Shown here: piece by piece, positions 50,241 to 56,788 of the stretch
How the letters are laid out: each line of letters opens with the position of its first letter
How positions within the stretch are numbered: the first letter of the stretch is position 1
Source: a virus
Taxonomy: Duplodnaviria > Caudoviricetes
Strand: one strand, 5' to 3'
Length of the DNA: 56,788 bases
Virus record (IMG/VR): IMGVR_UViG_3300042868_005444
Span: 1 to 56,788 of that record
Translations under genes and position numbers: made by a program
The notes under the pieces: generated by a model
What the model was told of the DNA's origin: nothing
The model's input: only the letters and a program-made list of their open reading frames with translations
Database searches by the model: none

Positions 50241-52540
50241 CATTCCCCCGGTGCGAACCACGCCATCCTTGGCCTGCCGGGCTGTCCCTCGTTCACATTC
50301 CGACACGCGATGCCCTTGTCCTGCACCAGAGTGTCCAAAACGTCCTGCCGCTTGCGGGGCTCGAGGTTGGCAAACGCCCGGACATTCTCGGACAGATCAC
50401 GGGCCGTGACACCACGCAAACCGGCCGCCTCGATCTTGGCGTACACCGCCTTGCAGGCTGCCTCAAACGGGCCGTCAGCGAGGGACTTGCGCAGCGCAGC
50501 CACAGCGCGGCCCGAGTAGAAGGTCGCGTAGTCTATGGCCCACTGCAGGCTCGTGGCGCTGATCTGCTCCTCACGCCGCGATCTGGCAACGATCAGGGCC
50601 AAGCGCTGGGCGATCTCCTTTGTCCGGCCGAACATGGCCTCAAGGCCATACCGCTCGTGCTCATCCATCTTGCGCAGGAGATCGATATCGCAGGCGCGCA
50701 GAAGCTCATGGCACTCTGGCGCAAAGGGCAGCATGGTCGGGGCTGGAGCGATGTCGAACGTCTCGCCCGGGCCGAAGTTGCCATCGGATGCTGTGGCACA
50801 CTCTTGGGCCCACTCACAGAGCCGCTCGCCGGGATCGATGCTGCGCACGATGCGGGACGGTTGGCGGCCGATGTAGCTCTCCACAATGATGAAGCGCCCC
50901 AAGAAGCCGTCAGTGACGTAGCGGCTGGACAGGTTGTCGTAGAGGGTGCTGGGCGTTGTCATGCTCATCAGGGTCAGGCTGGGGCAGCGCACCACCTTAT
51001 CAAGCTCCTTTGCCTGCTTTTCGGTGATGCCCATCTTGGAATAGCCCTGCGGGCGGAGAGTGCTTGTCTGGCGACCGAACACCTCCATCAGGATGGTCTG
51101 GGCGTCGGTCTTGTGGTGGTTGCCTGCAGCCTGCGCCGTTTGAAGGACGCGGCCAAGCTCATCGATGATGCTCAGGTGGGTTGGCTGCGAGACAAGAGCC
51201 GAAAAAACACCGCTGGCGCTGGTATAACCGCTTGGGCCGATCAGGTGTTCGAGGCTGGACGCCTCGAGGAGACGCTCGAGGACGGTCTTGGTGTGCTCCT
51301 TGCCTGCAGCGGACTTGCCCACGTTGACAAAATACAGCCCTGACATGTTTGACTGATCGGTCACCCACCGACGGCCCATCACGATGGAACCGAAGGCCAG
51401 AGCCGCCTGAACAGCGAACTGTGGCTGCTCCTTGGGGGCGGTGGTGTTGTAGTAATGGACAGCCTCTTGCAGGATGCCGGGAATGCCAAGCAGGTGCTCG
51501 GGGATGTCGGACAGGGGCCCCTCTGCCTCTTTGGGCTTGGCGAGAATTTGGGCGGCGACCTTCCGGCCGTGCTCGATTTTCTCAGGCTCATACTCGTGCA
51601 CCGGGTCAGACGACACGTTCAAGAAATTGGCGGCATCTTTCACAGCCTTAATCACATCGCCGCCATGCTCATAATAGGACCAAAGCTCAAAGGCATCGAA
51701 GGTGTGGGCGCTGTCGAACGGGTCGGATGCGTGGTGGCTGTAAGCCCGGCCGTCATCGAACAGGATCACACCGGCGAGGCCGCTCTTGCTGTTGGGGGAC
51801 AGGTAACGCTTGCGGGCCGTAGGCCGGTAACCGTAGCGCACCAGAAGCTCGTGCATGTCGTGGACATCGTTAAAAGCATCGATGACGCTGGTGCGTTCGC
51901 TGGGGGCGCGGGGCTTGCGCGGGGGCTGGAAATCCTTTGCCGGTGCCCATGGGCAAATCTGCTGGAGCTGGGTGCGGAAGCGATCCCACTCAGTCCAGAG
52001 CGTCAGGAGTGGCGCGGGTATCTCGGGCAGGCCATCAAACACGCTCGGGCCAGCCCAAGTGTACGGGTTGCCGGTGTCGGGGTGGATCGATGGGGGCAGG
52101 ACGTCCTGAACAGACCCGGCGCGAAGCTCAAAAACCACCTCGGTACGGCGGGGATCGTCCTTGGACGGCCAACTGATTTTATGTGTCTTTAGACCTTCTG
52201 GCGCGCGAAAAAGCACCTTGCCGCGATCCGGTCGACCGACGATCTTTGGGGCCGATGCGATGATCGCGTCATAGTCGATCCCGAGGGCCTCAAAGATCAG
52301 GCGCGTGTAGGCCACGTTGTCCACGTCAAGGGCGCAGGTGCCAGACGGCCCATGCAGCAGACCCATGTTGTGCGACGGGTTGGACGTAAAATATGCCTCG
52401 GCCTTGTCTGGGCTGGAGATCGCGCGCTCCGGCTGCTGCCATCCAAACGCTGTCGGGCCCTTTGTCCCGGCAGGCATGGCGACCAGATACCACCCAAGTT
52501 CTGACGTGTAGCGCCGAGCAAGGGATGCTGCATCACTCAT
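50240..52540 (-). CDS. bifunctional primase-polymerase (Prim-Pol) fused to helicase-like P-loop domain
   Basis: KGP...W, NMGL......ALDVD, LPPSIHPDTGNPYTW; GKSAAGKE (Walker A), IIDELG (Walker B), DGFLGRF; C-terminal wHTH. Confidence 0.85.
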   Translation of the reverse strand: MSDAASLARRYTSELGWYLVAMPAGTKGPTAFGWQQPERAISSPDKAEAYFTSNPSHNMGLLHGPSGTCALDVDNVAYTRLIFEALGIDYDAIIASAPKIVGRPDRGKVLFRAPEGLKTHKISWPSKDDPRRTEVVFELRAGSVQDVLPPSIHPDTGNPYTWAGPSVFDGLPEIPAPLLTLWTEWDRFRTQLQQICPWAPAKDFQPPRKPRAPSERTSVIDAFNDVHDMHELLVRYGYRPTARKRYLSPNSKSGLAGVILFDDGRAYSHHASDPFDSAHTFDAFELWSYYEHGGDVIKAVKDAANFLNVSSDPVHEYEPEKIEHGRKVAAQILAKPKEAEGPLSDIPEHLLGIPGILQEAVHYYNTTAPKEQPQFAVQAALAFGSIVMGRRWVTDQSNMSGLYFVNVGKSAAGKEHTKTVLERLLEASSLEHLIGPSGYTSASGVFSALVSQPTHLSIIDELGRVLQTAQAAGNHHKTDAQTILMEVFGRQTSTLRPQGYSKMGITEKQAKELDKVVRCPSLTLMSMTTPSTLYDNLSSRYVTDGFLGRFIIVESYIGRQPSRIVRSIDPGERLCEWAQECATASDGNFGPGETFDIAPAPTMLPFAPECHELLRACDIDLLRKMDEHERYGLEAMFGRTKEIAQRLALIVARSRREEQISATSLQWAIDYATFYSGRAVAALRKSLADGPFEAACKAVYAKIEAAGLRGVTARDLSENVRAFANLEPRKRQDVLDTLVQDKGIACRNVNEGQPGRPRMAWFAPGE

Positions 52541-52709
52541 TGATGTCGCCCTTCAGGTAGTCTGACAGCTTGGTCAGGGTCGCCAGCGTCACGTTTTTGC
52601 CGCCGTCGGCGACATGCTTGACGGTCGGATAAGAAAGTCCGCACCTATCGGCTACAACAGCTAGACGTCTGTCCTTCAGCATCTCCTGTATCTTGTGTAG
52701 TTCCAGCAT
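52533..52709 (-). CDS. Cro-like HTH protein (58 aa; not in ORF track)
   Basis: MLELHKIQEMLKDRRLAVVADRCGLSYPTVKHVADGGKNVTLATLTKLSDYL...; GAGG RBS; stop overlaps primase start. Confidence 0.8.
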   Translation of the reverse strand: MLELHKIQEMLKDRRLAVVADRCGLSYPTVKHVADGGKNVTLATLTKLSDYLKGDINE

Positions 52710-52714
52710 TTTTT

Positions 52715-52800
52715 GGCCTCTTTTTTAATATCGTGAAAAACATCTTGCACATGCTGAAAGTTTCTGCAAGTGTGCTGGTGTTGGATGTGAAAAAGAGAGG
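52715..52800. promoter_or_regulatory. divergent promoter region
   Basis: AT-rich gap between divergent genes; inverted CTTGCA...TGCAAG (52744-52770) gives a TTGCA -35-like box on each strand. Confidence 0.5.
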
Positions 52801-52805
52801 ACTGG

Positions 52806-53183
52806 ATGACCAACGTGCAAGCACTTGCGCGTGACTGGCTCAATGCCAAGCGCGCAGAAAACGAGGCCAACGCGGCCCGCATCAAGATCGAGGATCAACT
52901 GGCAGAAGCGCTGGATGTTCCCGACGAAGGTGGCAAGACCCACAAGATCGAAGGCTTCAAGATCACGCTCACCCAGCCGGTGGCGCGCAAGCTTGATTAT
53001 ACGGTCTGGGAAACGGTGAAGCATCATGTCTCGGAAGACCTCGCCCCTATCAAGGTGAAGTTTGAGGCTGATGCGGCTGGCTGTAAGTGGCTGGCCGCCA
53101 ATGACGCAGCGACGTGGCGCAAGATCGCGCCCGCGTTTGAAACCAAGCCGGGCAAGATCGGCGTGAAAGTGGAGGAGGTGTGA
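52806..53183 (+). CDS. hypothetical replication/recombination-module protein
   Basis: W..AK..E..A...R..IED; C-terminal ETKPGK; GAGG RBS. Confidence 0.75.
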   Translation: MTNVQALARDWLNAKRAENEANAARIKIEDQLAEALDVPDEGGKTHKIEGFKITLTQPVARKLDYTVWETVKHHVSEDLAPIKVKFEADAAGCKWLAANDAATWRKIAPAFETKPGKIGVKVEEV

Positions 53184-53380
53184 TGACTGACAATGAAGAA
53201 GTCCAATACCAACTGACGATCAGTCACTTGGGGACGTTCGACATCCCGATGTCGGCCGTCGAGAACGTGGACCTGACGAACACGGGAACGCAGGCCGCAA
53301 TTCTGGACTGCCTGACCCGGGACCAGATGGTTGGCGTCTTGGCTGCCCACAGTGGGGAGGTTGCTCAACATGGCAATTGA
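53180..53380 (+). CDS. hypothetical protein
   Basis: GGAGG RBS; overlaps on both sides. Confidence 0.6.
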   Translation: MMTDNEEVQYQLTISHLGTFDIPMSAVENVDLTNTGTQAAILDCLTRDQMVGVLAAHSGEVAQHGN

Positions 53381-54125
53381 CCTGAAAGCCCTGTCGAAGC
53401 CGAAAGGCGACAGGCCGCTCATCATGACGTTCTTCGGAGAGGCTGGCACGGGTAAGACCACGCTCGCCGCGATGATGCCGAAACCGGTGTTCATTCGTAC
53501 CGAAGACGGCACCATGAGCTTGATGGGCAACGACGAAGTGTCGCTGTTCGATGTGGCGACCACCACCAAAGATGTTCTGGACCAGATCGAGGCCCTTGCC
53601 ACGCAGGAGCACGACTTCAAGACCGTGGTTCTGGACAGCATCACCCAGCTTGCGACGATGATCGAGGCCGAGATCGTCGCGGCAGACCCGAAGGCAAAGA
53701 GCATTAACCAAGCCGGTGGCGGCTACGGGGCGGGCTATGCTGCAGCCGCAGAAAAGCACCGTCAGGTCCGCGAGTGGATGGGTGCCCTCGCCTATGAAAA
53801 GGGCATGAACGTCGTTTTCATCGGCCATGCCGACACAGAGACGCTGGACCTGCCCGACATGGATGCCTACGCGCGGTACACCGTGCGGATGCACAAAAAG
53901 TCCATGCCTCACTACATCGACAACGTGGACATCGTCGGCTTCATCCGCCTGAAGACGTTCACGCGCGGCGATGGCGACAAGAAGCGCGCAATCAGCACGG
54001 GCGAGCGGGAAATCATCTGCCACCCGGTAGCCTCTAACGTCTCAAAGAACCGGCTCGGCATCAGCGCCGCACTGCCCTTCAGCTTTGAGACCGGAAACCC
54101 TTTCGAAAAATTTGCAGCGAAGTAA
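53370..54125 (+). CDS. AAA_24 / Sak4-like ATPase
   Basis: GEAGTGKT, TEDG, VVLDS, GGYGAGY, FIGH, KNR. Confidence 0.85.
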   Translation: MAIDLKALSKPKGDRPLIMTFFGEAGTGKTTLAAMMPKPVFIRTEDGTMSLMGNDEVSLFDVATTTKDVLDQIEALATQEHDFKTVVLDSITQLATMIEAEIVAADPKAKSINQAGGGYGAGYAAAAEKHRQVREWMGALAYEKGMNVVFIGHADTETLDLPDMDAYARYTVRMHKKSMPHYIDNVDIVGFIRLKTFTRGDGDKKRAISTGEREIICHPVASNVSKNRLGISAALPFSFETGNPFEKFAAK

Positions 54126-54137
54126 GGAGAGAAAACG

Positions 54138-54614
54138 ATGCAATTCAACGGCTTTGACGCCAATCAGGTTGACCCCAACGTCGCCTACGAACCCCTGCCC
54201 GCCGGATGGTACAAGGCGGTCATCACCACCTCAGAGGAAAAGCCCACCAAGGCTCAGACCGGCAGCTACCTTCAGCTGTCGCTCGAGGTGATCGAGGGCC
54301 CGATGCAGGGTCGCAAGCTGACCGACCGGTTGAACCTGAACAACCCGAACGCAACAGCGACCGAGATCGCGTATCGTACGCTGTCGGCAATCTGCCACGC
54401 GGTTGGCATCATGACCCCCCGCACCTCCAGCGACCTACACGACAAGCCGCTGATGGTGAAGGTCAAGGTAAAGCCTGCTGACGGTCAGTACAGCGCGTCC
54501 AACGAGGTCGCGGGCTATGAGGCTGTCGGCAAGACCACCACGCAGGAGACGGTGTCGGCCGGTGCCTCGAGTGGTGCCTCTGGCGGTGCCACCCCGCCGT
54601 GGAAGCGCAAGTAA
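54138..54614 (+). CDS. DUF669-like single-stranded DNA-binding protein
   Basis: PLPAGWY...GSYLQL...G...GRKL.DRLNL...L..IC.A.G...NEV; C-terminal PPW. Confidence 0.8.
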   Translation: MQFNGFDANQVDPNVAYEPLPAGWYKAVITTSEEKPTKAQTGSYLQLSLEVIEGPMQGRKLTDRLNLNNPNATATEIAYRTLSAICHAVGIMTPRTSSDLHDKPLMVKVKVKPADGQYSASNEVAGYEAVGKTTTQETVSAGASSGASGGATPPWKRK

Positions 54615-54627
54615 CGTCAATCAAGAC

Positions 54628-54649
54628 CTAAGCCCCTGCGGGGGCTTAG
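54628..54649 (+). terminator. hairpin after SSB gene (possible weak terminator)
   Basis: CTAAGCCCC-TGCG-GGGGCTTAG; no U-tract. Confidence 0.45.
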
Positions 54650-54659
54650 TGCTGGATAG

Positions 54660-54866
54660 ATGGAGGCGCAAATGACGATAGGCGAATTGAAGAGGATTAT
54701 TGATGCAGTGCATGAGCTGCACGGCTCGGAGGCGAGGGCGGTTTTCGTATATCAGCGAGCGTCTGGACGCACAGGGATCGGCGACATCACGTCGTACCGT
54801 GTTGCCCTTGAGGCGCAGTCTGTTCACTTCAATGTGGATTACCCGCGCGGGGAGTTGGAGCAATGA
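54660..54866 (+). CDS. hypothetical protein
   Basis: 68 aa (likely start MTIGEL at 54672 after GGAGG). Confidence 0.6.
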   Translation: MEAQMTIGELKRIIDAVHELHGSEARAVFVYQRASGRTGIGDITSYRVALEAQSVHFNVDYPRGELEQ

Positions 54867-55180
54867 ACCTTGAAGGAAAAGTGAAGCACTTCAAGCCATA
54901 CAAGCTCCCACAGTATTACGACAAGCTGTCGTTTTCTGAGCGACACGCTGTTAGATCGCAATATGAAGCGCTGCAGTCCGGCCTATGCTATCACTGTGGT
55001 GGAAGTCTTGAATGTGATCCTCCAGAAAAAGTGCTGGAAAAGCCGATCAATACAAAACTTTTTCCAGCGTCCTTTAATTATAAAGGCGTTCACCTTCATC
55101 ACAGCCACCAAACTGGCCTGACGATTGGCGCAGTGCATGGATATTGCAACGCCGTTCTTTGGCAGTACCACGGGGAATGA
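54863..55180 (+). CDS. endonuclease VII-like (HNH/His-Me) protein
   Basis: QSGLCYHC...HLHHSHQTG...G..HGYCN; visibly more AT-rich than neighbours. Confidence 0.7.
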   Translation: MNLEGKVKHFKPYKLPQYYDKLSFSERHAVRSQYEALQSGLCYHCGGSLECDPPEKVLEKPINTKLFPASFNYKGVHLHHSHQTGLTIGAVHGYCNAVLWQYHGE

Positions 55181-55181
55181 C

Positions 55182-56135
55182 ATGAACCTTGAACAACACA
55201 TCACACCGGCCACGGTGAAGGCGATCTACGAGCACTATGTCGCTCAGCGCAAGGGCAGCCATCGGCCGCACCTCGGCGGGTCCCAGATCGGGAACGAGTG
55301 CGAACGGGCGCTGTGGTATCAGTTCCGCTGGGCTTGGTCGCCAGAGTTTGAGGGCCGCCAGCTTCGCCTGTTCGAGACCGGCGACCGTGAGGAAGAGCGG
55401 ATCGTGGCCAACCTGCGCGCTGTTGGCGTGACCGTATGGGACCGCGACCCCGAGACCGGAAAGCAAATCCGCTTCACGGCCTGCGATGGGCACTTCGCCC
55501 TGTCTTTGGACGGCGTCGGTGAGGGCTTCACTGAGAGCGGCAAGCCGCACACGCTCGAGTTCAAGACCATGAACGAGAAAAATTTTGCCGAGACCAAGGC
55601 CAAGGGCGTGAAAGAGACAAAGCCTGTCTACTGGGCGCAGTGTCAGATCGGCATGCACTTGGCAGAGATCGACCGCTGCGCGTTCTTCGCCGTGAACAAG
55701 AACACCGACGAAATCTACATGGAGCGGATCAAGTACGACGCAGCCGAGGCCCTGAAGCTCATGGCCAAGGCGGAGAGGATTGTGCATGCCGCCACGCCGC
55801 CTTCCCGGTTGTCGGATGAGCCATCGTTCTTCAAGTGCCGCTTCTGCCCATACAAGCCCGTCTGTCACGGCTGCAAGATACCAGAGGTCAGCTGCCGCAC
55901 CTGTGCACACGCCACCCCAGAGCGGGGCGGAGACGGGGCTTGGAGCTGCGCCAAGGGGCGAGACATGAAGCCGGGCTGTGAAGCTCATCTGTTTATCCCG
56001 CACATCATGCCGCCGGACCTCGAGGTCAGCGACACCGGCGAGGATTGGGTGGAGTACACCGACAAGGACACGGGAGAGGTCGTGAGGAACGAGAGCAACA
56101 GCGCTGCGCTATACGCCGGGAGGATGCAGGCATGA
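55182..56135 (+). CDS. Cas4-like PD-(D/E)xK exonuclease
   Basis: HLGGSQIG..C.R..W, LDG...LEFKT, Q.Q..M, CRFC.Y..VC. Confidence 0.8.
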   Translation: MNLEQHITPATVKAIYEHYVAQRKGSHRPHLGGSQIGNECERALWYQFRWAWSPEFEGRQLRLFETGDREEERIVANLRAVGVTVWDRDPETGKQIRFTACDGHFALSLDGVGEGFTESGKPHTLEFKTMNEKNFAETKAKGVKETKPVYWAQCQIGMHLAEIDRCAFFAVNKNTDEIYMERIKYDAAEALKLMAKAERIVHAATPPSRLSDEPSFFKCRFCPYKPVCHGCKIPEVSCRTCAHATPERGGDGAWSCAKGRDMKPGCEAHLFIPHIMPPDLEVSDTGEDWVEYTDKDTGEVVRNESNSAALYAGRMQA

Positions 56136-56788
56136 AGCTGAGAAAATATCAGGCGGATGCCATAGATGCCCTCTATCAGTACTGGGCCGATGGCCGGGGG
56201 GACAATCCCCTGATCGTCGCCCCGACCGGCGCAGGCAAGTCTGCCATCCTTGCCAAGCTGGTCGAGGATGCCATGGAGTACACCGGGACGCGCGTGATGA
56301 TCTTGACGCACGTCAAAGAGCTTCTCGAGCAGAATGCCAAGACCTTGCTCAAGATCGCCCCGCAGTCTGACATCGGGTTCTACTCCGCGAGTATTGGTCA
56401 GAAGCGTCTGGACAAGCCCATCACATTTGCCGGTATCCAGTCCGTCTATCAAGAGGCACCAAACATGGTGCCGCCGCCGGACTTGGTGCTCGTCGATGAG
56501 GCGCACCTGATCCCAAAGAACAGCGAGACGCGCTATGGTCGGTTCATAAAAGAGCTGAAACAGTGCAACCCGATGGTGAAGATCGTGGGGCTGACAGCGA
56601 CACCGTACCGGCTCGACAGCGGCTTTCTGCACAAGGGCAATGATGCGATATTTGACGGCATCGCGTATGACATCCCGGTCGGGATGCTGATGGATGAGGG
56701 ATACCTGTCCACCGTCATCTCAAAGGGCAGCCTCAACAAGATCGACCTGACCAACGTCAAGATGCGTGGCGGTGAATTCAATGAGACC
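56132..56788 (+). CDS. superfamily 2 (DEAH) helicase, truncated by window end
   Basis: LRKYQ, APTGAGKS, KELLEQ, VDEAH, GLTATPYR; open to the edge. Confidence 0.9.
   Translation, partial: MKLRKYQADAIDALYQYWADGRGDNPLIVAPTGAGKSAILAKLVEDAMEYTGTRVMILTHVKELLEQNAKTLLKIAPQSDIGFYSASIGQKRLDKPITFAGIQSVYQEAPNMVPPPDLVLVDEAHLIPKNSETRYGRFIKELKQCNPMVKIVGLTATPYRLDSGFLHKGNDAIFDGIAYDIPVGMLMDEGYLSTVISKGSLNKIDLTNVKMRGGEFNET

Noticed and set aside
55182-56135. CRISPR-Cas locus suggested by the Cas4-like nuclease
   Set aside because: No repeat-spacer array or other cas genes; the context is the usual phage AAA-SSB-nuclease-helicase module.
1-56788. tRNA/rRNA genes, integrase/att sites, IS elements
   Set aside because: None recognised by eye; intergenic gaps are short. 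tRNAscan-SE and a full-genome check would be needed to exclude them.

Overview
The window is most of the genome of a GC-rich tailed dsDNA phage with podovirus-like (P22/T7-type) architecture: it has tail tubular/nozzle and ejection-type proteins, and I recognised no tail tube, sheath, tape measure or integrase. The host cannot be fixed from the sequence. Layout: (i) 1-5312, + strand, small early/accessory genes (SprT-like metalloprotease, Nmad5-like, HTH, Zn-finger proteins, one tandem duplication); (ii) 5309-49447, - strand, late region read terS-terL-(Acb2/Tad1-like, dCTP deaminase)-portal-four large modular proteins-GroES-like-scaffold-capsid-adaptors-fibres-lysis/export cluster (including a Tad2/DUF2829-like gene and a GH19 endolysin)-nozzle-ejection proteins-second fibre; (iii) a repeat-bearing non-coding stretch at about 49450-49940; (iv) a replication module (primase-helicase, Cro-like HTH, AAA ATPase, SSB, endonuclease VII-like, Cas4-like nuclease, SF2 helicase cut by the window edge). 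The main unexplained pattern is a short motif, roughly [FYRKH]-x-x-G-G-x-[VIA], found about 28-30 times in eight predicted virion proteins. It sits at the boundaries of discrete enzyme-like modules (two ADP-ribosyltransferase-like, peptidase M15, HhH glycosylase-like, pyrophosphatase-like, two S74 autoprotease, lytic transglycosylase). I interpret it as a candidate double-glycine polyprotein-processing or capsid-cargo system; this is inference. All family assignments come from motif recognition by eye, and no database search was run.
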